Assembly (NCBI GenBank): GCA_041661645.1
Contig: JBAZUA010000003.1
Span: 86,841 to 150,840 of the forward strand
Source of the DNA: Minisyncoccota bacterium
Lineage (GTDB): Bacteria > Patescibacteriota > Minisyncoccia > Phycocordibacterales > UBA6065
Reading direction: 5' to 3'
DNA length: 64,000 bases
This document shows positions 46,302-56,264 of the stretch, piece after piece (the stretch's first letter is position 1; each line of letters begins with the position of its first letter). A program made the position numbers and the translations under genes. The notes beneath the pieces were generated by a model. That model saw only the letters and a list, made by a program, of their open reading frames with translations, had not been told where the DNA came from and did not search any database.

Positions 46302-46523
46302 ATGAACAGAAATAAACTCTGTCTCCTCAGTCTTCTCGTTATGATCCTGGTCGTCGTGCTGGGTGTCATTCACGCTGTCACCCGCCCCGAAGAGTCTCGG
46401 GTCATTGACGGTCTTTATGCTGTCTCGTGCTCGATGCTCATGATTGTGGCCGCTGTTATTTTCGCCTGCAATCATGAACGCAAGGATGAGGGGTCTTTCA
46501 GATCGGAGCAGAAGGACCAGTAG
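46302..46523 (+). CDS. hypothetical small membrane protein (2 TM)
   Basis: 73-aa ORF between the consensus promoter and a terminator; two hydrophobic helices. Confidence 0.4.
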   Translation: MNRNKLCLLSLLVMILVVVLGVIHAVTRPEESRVIDGLYAVSCSMLMIVAAVIFACNHERKDEGSFRSEQKDQ

Positions 46524-46534
46524 CGAGGGCTTTA

Positions 46535-46578
46535 ACCCACCAATAGCAGAAAACCTGCTCGGTGGGTTTTCTTTTTTT
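46535..46578 (+). terminator. rho-independent terminator
   Basis: CCCACCaatagcagaaaacctgctcGGTGGGTTTTCTTTTTTT. Confidence 0.6.
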
Positions 46579-46739
46579 ATTTGAATAAGTAAAAGGGAAA
46601 CAAGGCAGATGTATGCTCCCTCGAGAAGCCTCCGCAGGGGAGAATCCGTCAAGGCTTCCTTTTGACGGATTCGACCCGAGGACGGGCTACGAGAGGGAGC
46701 TATACACTGCCTCCCTTTCCCTTTATACTTAGTGCACTT

Positions 46740-47501
46740 ATGGCTTCCTGGTCCAACACTCGAAAATACGGATATCTGACGGCGCTTATCGCCTCCATCG
46801 TCATCTTTGTGGGCGTTCCGACCCTTCTTTTGCTCTACAGGGCGCCGACGTGTTTTGATGGCAAGCAGAACGGGGGGGAGAGTGGTATTGATTGCGGTGG
46901 TGCCTGCGCGAAGCTCTGCCTTGCGGATTTCGCCGCACCCCACATTCTCTGGAGCTATTCGACACGCGTCGCCCCGGGCGTTTTCAATGCCGTGGCATAT
47001 GTGCAGAACCCCAATCAGTCCGTCCAGGCCTCATCCATGCGGTATCTTTTCAGGCTCTATGACGATCAGGGCCTCCTCGTTGCCCAGCGCACCGGCAGCG
47101 CCTTTATACCGGCCGGACAGCGTCTCGCGGTTTTCGAGGGCGGCATACAGACGGGTTCCCGAAGTCCCGCAAAGACCACCTTTGAGTTCACGTCTGATCC
47201 CGAGTGGCGTGCCGGGCAGCCTTTTACCAGCCTGAGGGTCACTTTCGTCGATATTGCAACGTCGACATCGCCGTCGGCGGAGGTTCGGGTCGAGAACCAA
47301 GCTCTCGACAGGGGTTTTTCCGACATTACCGCCATCCTCGTTCTCTATGACAAGGATGACAATCGCGTCACATTCTCGAAGACGGTCATTTCCAAGATTC
47401 TTCCCGGCGGCTCTGAGATCCTGTATTTCACCTGGCCCGAGGCCTTTCCATCGGACATAGTGCGTTCTGAGGTTCTCTTCTCGGCGCCCGGGAGCCGATA
47501 G
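46740..47501 (+). CDS. hypothetical membrane-anchored protein with Cys-rich N-terminal extracytoplasmic segment
   Basis: TM anchor (LTALIASIVIFVGVPTLLLL), then CFDGKQNGGESGIDCGGACAKLC; immediately upstream of the SEDS gene; aacttATG context at 46740. Confidence 0.45.
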   Translation: MASWSNTRKYGYLTALIASIVIFVGVPTLLLLYRAPTCFDGKQNGGESGIDCGGACAKLCLADFAAPHILWSYSTRVAPGVFNAVAYVQNPNQSVQASSMRYLFRLYDDQGLLVAQRTGSAFIPAGQRLAVFEGGIQTGSRSPAKTTFEFTSDPEWRAGQPFTSLRVTFVDIATSTSPSAEVRVENQALDRGFSDITAILVLYDKDDNRVTFSKTVISKILPGGSEILYFTWPEAFPSDIVRSEVLFSAPGSR

Positions 47502-47508
47502 TTTTTCC

Positions 47509-48654
47509 ATGACAGAAATCGCAAAGAACATATCCTCTCGCATAGGGAGGACTCATATCGACTGGATCATGCTGGGCGCCGCCATCCTCCTGGTCTGCTT
47601 TGGCCTGGTGACCATGAACTCGTTTGTCGAGAGCAATTACTTTTTCGAGAAACAGATTGTCTGGCTTCTCATATCGATCGGCGTCTTTTTCGGGGCAAGT
47701 TTCGTCGATTGGTCTTTCCTCAAGCGCAGCCAGGTGCTCGTGACGCTCTTCGCCGGCATGGTGGCACTCCTCCTTTTTCTATTCGTGGTGGCCAAGGCCA
47801 CCAACGGCGCTCAGAGCTGGCTCAATTTCGGCCTCTTTGCCTTTCAGCCGACCGACATGGCGAAGGTCATACTCATCCTCATATTGGCGAAGTATTTTTC
47901 GAGGCGTCACATAGAGATAGCCCACATACGCCATATCATCGTCTCGGGAGTCTATGCCTTCATACTTTTCATCCTCATCGCCCTGCAGCCTGACTTTGGA
48001 AGCGCCATCATGCTTGCCTGTGTGTGGCTCGGAATGGTGCTGGTTTCGGGAATATCGAAGAAGCACCTTTTCATACTGTTCTCGTGCGGCGCGATAGCCT
48101 TCGCCCTGCTCTGGGGCTTCGGCTTCAAGCAATATCAGAAGGATCGTATTCTTAATTTTCTGCACCCTCTCTCGGACATACGTAACACCGGATATAACGC
48201 CTATCAGGCGACCATTGCCGTGGGTTCGGGCGAACTTCTGGGGAAGGGCATCGGTTATGGCACTCAGTCGAAGCTCAAGTTCCTTCCCGAATATCAGACC
48301 GACTTCATCTTCGCCGCCTTTGCCGAGGAGTGGGGCTTCGTGGGCGTGCTCATATTCTTCATGGTCTTCGGCGTCCTCATTTGGCGTATCATCGCCAACG
48401 CCCGCAGGGGTGCGGGCAACTTTGAGATACTCTTTGGCCTGGGTGTGGCGATACTCTTCATGAGCCATTTCTTCATCAACGTGGGCATGAACATCGGGTT
48501 GCTTCCCGTGACGGGAATAACGTTGCCGTTCATGAGCTATGGCGGGTCTCATCTCATAGCGTCATTCTTCTCCCTGGGCGTCCTCGTATCCATGCGTCGC
48601 TATATGAGGAGCGTGCACAAGGAGGAGACGAAGTATGAGTTCGTGGGAATCTAG
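47509..48654 (+). CDS. SEDS-family peptidoglycan glycosyltransferase (RodA/FtsW)
   Basis: 10-TM topology; conserved SEDS motifs (PTDMAKV.LIL.LA.YF; GSGELLGKGIGYGTQSKLKFLPE..TDFIFAAFAEEWGF). Confidence 0.85.
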   Translation: MTEIAKNISSRIGRTHIDWIMLGAAILLVCFGLVTMNSFVESNYFFEKQIVWLLISIGVFFGASFVDWSFLKRSQVLVTLFAGMVALLLFLFVVAKATNGAQSWLNFGLFAFQPTDMAKVILILILAKYFSRRHIEIAHIRHIIVSGVYAFILFILIALQPDFGSAIMLACVWLGMVLVSGISKKHLFILFSCGAIAFALLWGFGFKQYQKDRILNFLHPLSDIRNTGYNAYQATIAVGSGELLGKGIGYGTQSKLKFLPEYQTDFIFAAFAEEWGFVGVLIFFMVFGVLIWRIIANARRGAGNFEILFGLGVAILFMSHFFINVGMNIGLLPVTGITLPFMSYGGSHLIASFFSLGVLVSMRRYMRSVHKEETKYEFVGI

Positions 48655-48661
48655 CGCGGTC

Positions 48662-49780
48662 TTATTTCTCGTATACCGCTGAGGTCTTTTCTACCATGCG
48701 GGCAAGGGAGAATTCCGTGCGGACCCTCTTTTCGAGACTATCGCCAAACCCATCGGCGGCCTTTCTGTTCTGGTGAATGAAGGCGAGCGAGCTAGCGATT
48801 TCCTTTTGGCTCTTTGAGTGGATGAGCACGCCTGATTCCATGTCTTTGATTATCTCGGGTATGCCGCCGACGCTTGTCGCTATGACCGGCGTGTGGGAGT
48901 ATCCCGCCTCGAGCAGCACGTATCCGAAGGCCTCGGAGAGGGAGGGGAGGAGGAACACGTCGAATGCCGGTATGAGGGTCCATGCGTCGGGAATGAATCC
49001 TGTCAGGCGGGCGCTTGCCTTGAGGGTGACGTCATCGGCGACTATTTTCTCAAGAGACTCTTTTAGGTCGCCTGTGCCTATGAGGGTATATGAGTAGGGA
49101 AAAGGGAGGGTTTTGAGGGCTCCTAGGGCGTATTCAAGGCCTTTTACAGGGTGTAATTCGGCTATGGTGCCTATGGCGAAGGCATCCTTTGGTATCAAAA
49201 GCCTTGTTCGGGCCTCGTCTCTTGAGAGGGGGTTGAAGGGGTCTATTCCGAGGTGTATGACCTCAATCTTCTCCTTCATGAAGGGGAGGTGGGCCATCTG
49301 GTCCTTGACCCCTTGGGATACCGCTATCGCCCGCGTGCAGAGGAATACCGTGAGCCAGTGAAGGGTGCCGATCGCGAGCTTGGAGAATGGCCCGCGATTC
49401 TCGTTGAATGCCCAGGCATGTGCGGTGAAGACAGTCTTGGTGCGTGGGGATACGAGGGCCGCGATCGCTCCCATGATGCCGACTTTTGAGCTGTTAAGGT
49501 GGAGCACGTCCGGCCTCTCCTTTCGTATGAGCAGGGCGAGGGAGAGCAGGGAATGAAGGTCCTTGAGCGGACTCACATTCCTTCCAAGGGTGGTAAGGGG
49601 AATGGTACGGACGCCCGCTTCCTTGAGCTTTTCCACGAGCGTGCCGTTGCCGCCGCAGGCAACGGCCACGTCATATCTGCCAACGAGCGATCGGGAGAGG
49701 TCGAGAACGTAGCGCTGGGCGCCGCCGAAGTTGGATTTCGTGATGACGATCAGGAGTTTCTTCTGGGGCGTCTCTGCCAT
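48662..49780 (-). CDS. glycosyltransferase family 4 (GT-B fold)
   Basis: N-terminus KSNFGGAQRYVLDL; C-terminal EX7E-like region (PSLSEAFGYVLLEAGYSHTPVIATSVGGIPEII). Confidence 0.8.
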   Translation of the reverse strand: MAETPQKKLLIVITKSNFGGAQRYVLDLSRSLVGRYDVAVACGGNGTLVEKLKEAGVRTIPLTTLGRNVSPLKDLHSLLSLALLIRKERPDVLHLNSSKVGIMGAIAALVSPRTKTVFTAHAWAFNENRGPFSKLAIGTLHWLTVFLCTRAIAVSQGVKDQMAHLPFMKEKIEVIHLGIDPFNPLSRDEARTRLLIPKDAFAIGTIAELHPVKGLEYALGALKTLPFPYSYTLIGTGDLKESLEKIVADDVTLKASARLTGFIPDAWTLIPAFDVFLLPSLSEAFGYVLLEAGYSHTPVIATSVGGIPEIIKDMESGVLIHSKSQKEIASSLAFIHQNRKAADGFGDSLEKRVRTEFSLARMVEKTSAVYEK

Positions 49781-49830
49781 AATGCCTTTGATTATAGCGC
49801 ATAATATTGTATTATTGCACTTGCCCGAAT

Positions 49831-51171
49831 ATGTCCATACTCAGCCGAAAAACCCCCTATATTCTGCTCGTGGGCGATATCGTCTTCTTCGTCCTGTCTC
49901 TCTGGACGGCTCTCTTCGTCCGCTACGGCTCTATCCCCGAGAAGCAGGTGTTCCTGGGACACCTCGCCCCATTCTCCATATTGTTCGTCGTCTGGGTGGT
50001 TGTCTACTTCATCGCCGGCCTCTATGAGCAGAAGACGTCCGTCCTCAGGAACAATCTTTCCCAGAGGCTCCTTTCCACACAGATCATAAACTCAGCCCTT
50101 GCCGCGGTTTTCTTTTATTTCGTCACCTTCACGAGCATCGCGCCGAAGACCAATCTCCTGGTCTATCTCGGGGTATCCCTGCTCTTTGCCTTTGCCTGGA
50201 GGCGATTCGCCTATCCGATCATGAGCATGAGGAGGAGGGAGCAGGCCATCCTCATCGGACGCGGTGCCGAGGTGACGGAGCTCGAGAGGGAGGTCAATGG
50301 CAACTCGCGCTATCATTTTGAATTTGTCCTGACCATCGACCTCGACAAGGACGCCTCTGGCGTCGCGCGCGGGCTTCTGTCCTCGAAGATAGCCGAGGGC
50401 GGCATATCGGCGGTCGTCGTCGATTTCTATGATTCAAAGGCACAGGCCATGCTTCCCGAGCTGTACGAGCTTCTCTTTGCCAAGGTCCGATTCGTCGACA
50501 TGCATCGCGTGTACGAGGAGGTGTTCAGCAGGGTGGCCCTCTCCCTCCTCAATCACAGCTGGTTTCTCGAGAATGTCTCCGCCTATCCAAAGTATGCCTA
50601 TGATGCCCTCAAGCGGGCCATGGATTTCGCCATCGCCCTCGGCCTTGGGACCGTGTCCCTCGTCATATACCCATTCGTTTTCCTTGCCATAAAGCTCGAT
50701 GACGGAGGCGCGATATTCATCATGCAGGAGCGTGTGGGACGGGATGGCGCCATCATCCGCATACCGAAGTTCAGGAGCATGAAGGCAAGTGACAGGGGCG
50801 TCTGGGTCAAGGAGAACGACGACCGCATAACCCGCGTGGGCAAGATCCTTCGCACCTCGCGAATCGACGAGCTTCCCCAGCTTCTCTCGGTTCTGAAAGG
50901 GGATATGTCCCTCGTCGGACCGCGACCCGACATCAAGGCTCTCGGCATCGATCTCTCTTCCCAGATTCCTTACTATGCCATGCGCAACATCATAAAGCCG
51001 GGCCTGTCGGGATGGGCTCAGACCAGGCAGGAGCTTCCGCCGCAGTCGCTCGAGGAGACCAAGATGCGCCTGGCCTATGACTTTTATTACATTAAATACC
51101 GATCCCTCTTCCTCGACCTCAAGATTGCCCTTCAGACCCTTGCAACCTTGGCATCGAGAATGGGAAAATAG
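49831..51171 (+). CDS. polyprenyl-phosphate sugar phosphotransferase (bacterial sugar transferase, WbaP/EpsB-like)
   Basis: 4 N-terminal TM helices; C-terminal PF02397 core (IFIMQERVGRDG..I.KFRSM....G....ENDDRIT.VGKILRTSRIDELPQLLSVLKGDMSLVGPRP). Confidence 0.85.
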   Translation: MSILSRKTPYILLVGDIVFFVLSLWTALFVRYGSIPEKQVFLGHLAPFSILFVVWVVVYFIAGLYEQKTSVLRNNLSQRLLSTQIINSALAAVFFYFVTFTSIAPKTNLLVYLGVSLLFAFAWRRFAYPIMSMRRREQAILIGRGAEVTELEREVNGNSRYHFEFVLTIDLDKDASGVARGLLSSKIAEGGISAVVVDFYDSKAQAMLPELYELLFAKVRFVDMHRVYEEVFSRVALSLLNHSWFLENVSAYPKYAYDALKRAMDFAIALGLGTVSLVIYPFVFLAIKLDDGGAIFIMQERVGRDGAIIRIPKFRSMKASDRGVWVKENDDRITRVGKILRTSRIDELPQLLSVLKGDMSLVGPRPDIKALGIDLSSQIPYYAMRNIIKPGLSGWAQTRQELPPQSLEETKMRLAYDFYYIKYRSLFLDLKIALQTLATLASRMGK

Positions 51172-51177
51172 AAACCT

Positions 51178-52230
51178 ATGCATAAACTATTCATCACCGG
51201 AGGGTCGGGATATGTCGGCGCCATGCTCGTTCGCGAGTTCGCGGCACGGCCTGACGTCGAGGCCATTTTCACCATCGACAAGGAGGAGCCTTCCGAGCTC
51301 TACGCCGGGGACAAGAAGGTGACTTTCATAAAGACCAATATGGCGGACACGGAGAATTGGCTCGATAAGGCAAGGGCTTTTGCGCCCGACGTCGTCGTTC
51401 ACACGGCATGGCAGATCAGGGAGATGTACGGCGAGAAGGCCAAGCAGTGGAGGTGGAACATCGACGGCTCTGACTCCGTGTTTGATTTCGCCTTCTCCAC
51501 GCCGTCCGTAAAGAAACTCATTCATTTCTCCACCGTCGCGTCGTACGGCGCCTTCGCCGACAACGAGATCGACCATCTCTTCACCGAGAAGGATCCGTTT
51601 CGAAAGGTTGACTATCTCTATGCGGAGGAGAAGAGGATAACGGAAGAGCATCTGGAAGAGCGATATGTCACCGCAAAGTCAAAGGGTGTCGTCCCCCAGG
51701 TCTTTGTCGTCCGTCCCGCCGCCGTCACTGGCCCTCGCGGCAGATACATGCGCATCAGGTTCGGTCTTCAGGCGGCGCTTTCAGGCCAGCTCAAGGAGAC
51801 CTTTATTCACAGACTCATCTCGGCCATGGTTTCGTTCGTGCCGATCACCAAGAAATGGTGCAGGCAGTTTATACACGAGGACGATGTCGTCAGTATCGTG
51901 AAGCTTCTCTCGTTCGAGAATCTAAAGGGCGAGTATGAGGTGTTTAACATCTGTCCACCGGGTCCCGTCGTCACGGGCGAGGACATGGCCAGGGCCGTGA
52001 ACAAGAAGGCCGTCCGCATTCACCCATACCTCATTCGACCCGTCTTCTTCATAATGTGGCATATTTCGAGGGGCAAGGTTCCAACGTCCAAGGGTGGCTG
52101 GAAGTCCTATTCCTACCCAATCGCCGTCGACGGATCCAAGCTCACCAAGATGTACGGATTCGCCTACACGTTCCAGCCAAAGGACGCCTTCGTCAAAAAG
52201 GAGGGCACGTACATGGAATTCGTCAAATAG
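51178..52230 (+). CDS. NAD-dependent epimerase/dehydratase family protein (SDR)
   Basis: Rossmann motif ITGGSGYVGAML, YxxxK-like catalytic region. Confidence 0.7.
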   Translation: MHKLFITGGSGYVGAMLVREFAARPDVEAIFTIDKEEPSELYAGDKKVTFIKTNMADTENWLDKARAFAPDVVVHTAWQIREMYGEKAKQWRWNIDGSDSVFDFAFSTPSVKKLIHFSTVASYGAFADNEIDHLFTEKDPFRKVDYLYAEEKRITEEHLEERYVTAKSKGVVPQVFVVRPAAVTGPRGRYMRIRFGLQAALSGQLKETFIHRLISAMVSFVPITKKWCRQFIHEDDVVSIVKLLSFENLKGEYEVFNICPPGPVVTGEDMARAVNKKAVRIHPYLIRPVFFIMWHISRGKVPTSKGGWKSYSYPIAVDGSKLTKMYGFAYTFQPKDAFVKKEGTYMEFVK

Positions 52231-52308
52231 GGCCGAGTTTCGTTGATTTATAGACAAAAGAGGGGTAGGATACCCCTATTCATTACATCAGAACGAATAT
52301 TAACGAAC

Positions 52309-53628
52309 ATGTGGAAAAAACGAATCTCAGCTCTCGTCCTTATAGCAGTAGCCGTTGCCGTAGCATTCTTTACCTATGATCCAGCGGGGACGACCTCAAA
52401 GTTTCCCTACAAGCTCGGACTCGACCTTTCGGGTGGTTCGCATCTCGTGTTTCAGGCAGACGTTTCCGCCCTCGATTCAGCCGAAGTGAGTGGCGCCATG
52501 ATCTCCCTGGCTGACGTAGTCGAGCGACGCATCAACCTTTTTGGCGTGTCCGAGCCTATCGTTCAGGTTCAGGAAGGGGGCGTTGTCGGAGAGGCCGCAC
52601 ATCGACTCATCGTTGAACTTCCCGGCGTTACTGACGTGAAGCAGGCGGTCGATCTCATCGGCAAGACGCCGACCCTCGACTTCAGGCTCGTCCGATCGGG
52701 CGTCGAGAAGCTGACTCCTGCGCAGCGCGCAAGCTCGACTCTCGACGAGCTTTTCGTGTCGACCGGTCTCACCGGACGCTATCTCAAGAAGGCTCATCTC
52801 CAGTTCGACCAGACCACCTATGCGCCTACCGTAGGCATCGAATTCGACGATCAGGGAACCAAGCTTTTCGCCCAGATCACCAAGGCAAATGTCGGAAGCG
52901 TGCTCGCCATCTTCCTTGATGGCAACCCTATCTCGACCCCTGTTATCAACCAGGAGATTTCGGGCGGACAGGCAACCATTAGCGGAAACTTCAAGCTCGA
53001 GGAGGCAAAGACCCTCGTTCGCGACCTTAACTACGGCGCGCTTCCTGTTCCTATAAATCTCGTCTCGACCCAGACCGTCGGAGCGTCTCTCGGAGACGGC
53101 GCCGTTGCCGCGAGCCTTCGAGCGGGAGCGATGGCCTTCCTCGCGGTCGCCATATTCCTCATGCTCTGGTATCGAATCCCTGGCCTCGTCGCCGTTCTCG
53201 CCCTTGCCATCTATACGGCGCTCAACCTTGCGCTCTTCAAGCTCATTCCCGTGACCCTCACCTCTGCAGGCATTGCAGGATTCATCCTGTCCCTCGGCAT
53301 GGCCGTCGATGCAAACGTGCTCATCTTTGAGCGCATGAAGGAGGAGCTTAGGCGTGGCAGGAATCTCCCTGATGCCATCAAGGAGGGCTTCCATCGCGCA
53401 TGGCTCTCTATCCGAGACTCAAACCTCTCCTCGATTATCACCGCCGTCATTCTCTATTACTTCGCATCGACCCCAGTCATCAAAGGCTTCGCCCTTGTCT
53501 TCGGACTCGGCGTCGTGGTCAGCATGTTCTCGGCCATAACGGCATCGCGAACCCTCCTCCTCGCCGTTGGTGCGAAAGGGGATGGCAGGCTCGCCCGCTT
53601 CTTGTTCGGATCAGGAATAAAGTCATAA
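52309..53628 (+). CDS. secD: protein translocase subunit SecD
   Basis: N-terminal TM, periplasmic P1 head (LGLDLSGGSHLVFQAD...), C-terminal 5-TM with GMAVDANVLIFERMKEE. Confidence 0.9.
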   Translation: MWKKRISALVLIAVAVAVAFFTYDPAGTTSKFPYKLGLDLSGGSHLVFQADVSALDSAEVSGAMISLADVVERRINLFGVSEPIVQVQEGGVVGEAAHRLIVELPGVTDVKQAVDLIGKTPTLDFRLVRSGVEKLTPAQRASSTLDELFVSTGLTGRYLKKAHLQFDQTTYAPTVGIEFDDQGTKLFAQITKANVGSVLAIFLDGNPISTPVINQEISGGQATISGNFKLEEAKTLVRDLNYGALPVPINLVSTQTVGASLGDGAVAASLRAGAMAFLAVAIFLMLWYRIPGLVAVLALAIYTALNLALFKLIPVTLTSAGIAGFILSLGMAVDANVLIFERMKEELRRGRNLPDAIKEGFHRAWLSIRDSNLSSIITAVILYYFASTPVIKGFALVFGLGVVVSMFSAITASRTLLLAVGAKGDGRLARFLFGSGIKS

Positions 53629-53637
53629 TCAACTACC

Positions 53638-54546
53638 ATGTTCATAGTAAAATACCGAAAGTTTTTCTACGCATTCTCGATCGCCCTCGTCCTGGTTGGC
53701 ATTGCGGCGCTCTCGATCTGGGGCCTCAAGCCCGGCATTGACTTCAAGGGAGGCTCTCTCATAGAGGTCTCCTATATGGATGTGCGTCCTGATGCCGACG
53801 CCCTTCGTGCCGCCGTCGACAAGCTTTCCCTCGGTGCCTCGTCTATTCGACCTACTGGCGACAAGGGTTACCTCGTTCGTACCGAGGAGCTCAATCCCGA
53901 GTCCCATGCGGCCGTCCTTGCCGCCCTTTCGCAGAATGGAACCCTCAAGCTCGAGGAGAAGCGCTTCAACTCGATTGGCCCTGTTCTCGGAAAGGAGGCG
54001 ATTCAGAAGTCATACATGTCCATTGTCTTCGTCCTTCTCGCGATAGTCCTCTTCATCACCTTCGTCTTCAGGAAGGTTTCCCGACCAGTTTCCTCGTGGA
54101 AATACGGTCTCATCGCCATCGTCGCCCTGGCACATGATGTCATCATCCCTGCGGGCGCCTTCGCAATCATGGGACATTTCGGGGGCATCGAGGTCGACAC
54201 GCTCTTCGTGACGGCCCTTCTCGTCATCCTCGGATTCTCCATTCATGACACCATCGTGGTCTTTGACAGAATCCGCGAGAACCTCCATCGAAACACCGAG
54301 CATCACGAGAAGAAGGAGTTCTCGACTATAGTGGGGGAGAGCATCAACCAGACCTTCGTCCGATCGATCAATACCTCGCTCACCACACTCATCGCCGTTG
54401 CCGTCCTTTATGTCGTTGGCCCCGACGCCACCAAGCATTTCGCCCTGGCGCTCCTCATCGGCATCACCGCCGGAACCTACTCGTCGGTATTCATCGGCTC
54501 TCCTCTCCTTGTCACCGTGCAGGCCCTGCAGGGCAAGAGGAAGTAG
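53638..54546 (+). CDS. secF: protein translocase subunit SecF
   Basis: GIDFKGGSLIEV, C-terminal TM bundle with SIHDTIVVFDRIREN. Confidence 0.9.
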   Translation: MFIVKYRKFFYAFSIALVLVGIAALSIWGLKPGIDFKGGSLIEVSYMDVRPDADALRAAVDKLSLGASSIRPTGDKGYLVRTEELNPESHAAVLAALSQNGTLKLEEKRFNSIGPVLGKEAIQKSYMSIVFVLLAIVLFITFVFRKVSRPVSSWKYGLIAIVALAHDVIIPAGAFAIMGHFGGIEVDTLFVTALLVILGFSIHDTIVVFDRIRENLHRNTEHHEKKEFSTIVGESINQTFVRSINTSLTTLIAVAVLYVVGPDATKHFALALLIGITAGTYSSVFIGSPLLVTVQALQGKRK

Positions 54547-54590
54547 GCCTGTGATAAACTAGACGGACCGCCGCCATACGGCACACCATT

Positions 54591-56156
54591 ATGCTCACCC
54601 CACGAATAGACAACCTCCTCTCTCGCGACCTCCGGGCGCCCGAGCGCCTGAAGGCGGCGAATTCCGAGCCGACAATATCAGTTCACCGCATCACCAACAA
54701 GGCCGCTGTGCTCTATGAGAAGCTCCGCTACCTCGTGGACTACAAGGACGAGAACACCATTCGCCGCAGCGCCATCGAACGCATACTCCGCCGCGCCATC
54801 GTCATCGAGAATCGCGCCGACGTGGGAACCTTGCTTCTACGGGAGCTCGTGAGCGCGGGATACCTGCCAAACGAGACCGTGCCCGAGAGGGAGGCGGCGG
54901 TGCTGTCGACCTTCGTCGACGCCTATCGATCCGCCTTTCCGACCCTGAGCCAGAAGATAACCATGACCGAGACCGAGAAGGTCCTGCTCTCGCTTATGGC
55001 GAGCGAGGTAGAGGCATATCTCTATCCATCGCTCGTGAATGACGCGGTTGCGGACGCATTCTTCCAGACCATTAAGGAGCGCGTCCGCTGTGTCGGCGCG
55101 ATATCCGCTGACGAACTCGACATGCAGCTTTACATAGCGTCGAGGCGCGCCCTTCTGCGCGAGGACGACGAGGCCGTGGCGTACGCCTTGTGGTGCAGGA
55201 CTCTGGGCACTGTGCCGGGATCGCTCGATACGTCAAAGGCCGTCGAAATGAGTCAGGACGTGCCGGGCACCATCGCGCGCATCAGGCTGTCCCTTCGCCA
55301 TCGCATAGGCCCGATGATCATGGGCAAGATAAAGAACGATGCCATCTGCTTTACCGTCATAGCCGAGCTCATACGCCTCTCGCCGGCGAATCCAAAGGCA
55401 TTCTTCGATGATCAGAAGGTCCTTCATGATCAGGCTGAGGCGTTTCTCTCGTCCAAATACAAGATCGAGAACAGCCGTGTCATGCAGAGCAGCCTTCGTG
55501 CCGTCGCCTACATATTCTGCACCAAGATACTGGTTGCCTTGGCACTCGAGGTTCCCTATGATCTCTATATCTCGGGCGTATTTGACTATGTTCCTCTCGC
55601 CATAAACATCATCTTCCACCCGTTTCTCCTGTTCCTCATCACCCGAAACATAAAGCTCCTCGGTCCAGAGAACACCAAGAGCGTCGTCAGTCGCATCGAT
55701 GCCATCGTGTACGGTGGGGAAGCAAAATCGATACCGCTCAAGTACAAGGCATCCGCAGGCGGCCTCAATCTCTTCTTCGGCCTCCTCTACGGTATGATGT
55801 TCCTCGTCTCGTTCGGCGTCATCGTCTGGGCCTTGGCATCCCTTGGTTTTAATCCGGTCGGCATACTTCTGTTCCTGCTCTTCCTTGCCCTCGTCAGCTA
55901 CTTTGGCCTGCGCATCAGGTACAATGCCCAAAGGTGGAGGTTCGCCGTCGCCGAGGATCGCGTGCTGTTCCTCATCTGGAGCTTCCTGACCCTGCCTGTC
56001 ATCCGCGCGGGACGATGGCTCACCGAGAAATTTTCGACCGTCAACATCTTCGTCTTCGTCCTCGACGTCATCATCGAGGCGCCGTTCAAGCTGGCCCTCA
56101 AGCTCTCCGACCTCTTCATCCTGTTCCTGAAGGACAAGAAGGAGGAGACGTATTAG
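54591..56156 (+). CDS. hypothetical polytopic membrane protein
   Basis: 521-aa ORF; soluble N-terminal ~330 aa then at least 5 TM helices; the antisense 330-aa ORF is acidic low-complexity and rejected. Confidence 0.45.
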   Translation: MLTPRIDNLLSRDLRAPERLKAANSEPTISVHRITNKAAVLYEKLRYLVDYKDENTIRRSAIERILRRAIVIENRADVGTLLLRELVSAGYLPNETVPEREAAVLSTFVDAYRSAFPTLSQKITMTETEKVLLSLMASEVEAYLYPSLVNDAVADAFFQTIKERVRCVGAISADELDMQLYIASRRALLREDDEAVAYALWCRTLGTVPGSLDTSKAVEMSQDVPGTIARIRLSLRHRIGPMIMGKIKNDAICFTVIAELIRLSPANPKAFFDDQKVLHDQAEAFLSSKYKIENSRVMQSSLRAVAYIFCTKILVALALEVPYDLYISGVFDYVPLAINIIFHPFLLFLITRNIKLLGPENTKSVVSRIDAIVYGGEAKSIPLKYKASAGGLNLFFGLLYGMMFLVSFGVIVWALASLGFNPVGILLFLLFLALVSYFGLRIRYNAQRWRFAVAEDRVLFLIWSFLTLPVIRAGRWLTEKFSTVNIFVFVLDVIIEAPFKLALKLSDLFILFLKDKKEETY

Positions 56157-56173
56157 GATATAGTGGTTCACAT

Positions 56174-56256
56174 GTCGAAGTGGTGGAATGGCAGACACGC
56201 TGCGTTCAGGTCGCAGTGAGCTCACGCTCGTGGGGGTTCAAGTCCCCCCTTCGACA
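56174..56256 (+). tRNA. tRNA-Leu (anticodon CAG), long variable arm, no encoded CCA
   Basis: Acceptor GTCGAAG/CTTCGAC, anticodon stem CTGCG/CGCAG with loop TTCAGGT, variable arm, T-arm GGGGGTTCAAGTCCCCC, discriminator A. Confidence 0.8.
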
Positions 56257-56264
56257 CAATAGGT

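Noticed and set aside
55233-56225. 330-aa minus-strand ORF opposite the 54591..56156 membrane protein
   Set aside because: Product is acidic low-complexity (DEDEDVD, EEQEQK runs) and runs over the tRNA-Leu gene. The plus-strand frame encodes coherent TM helices, so plus was chosen.
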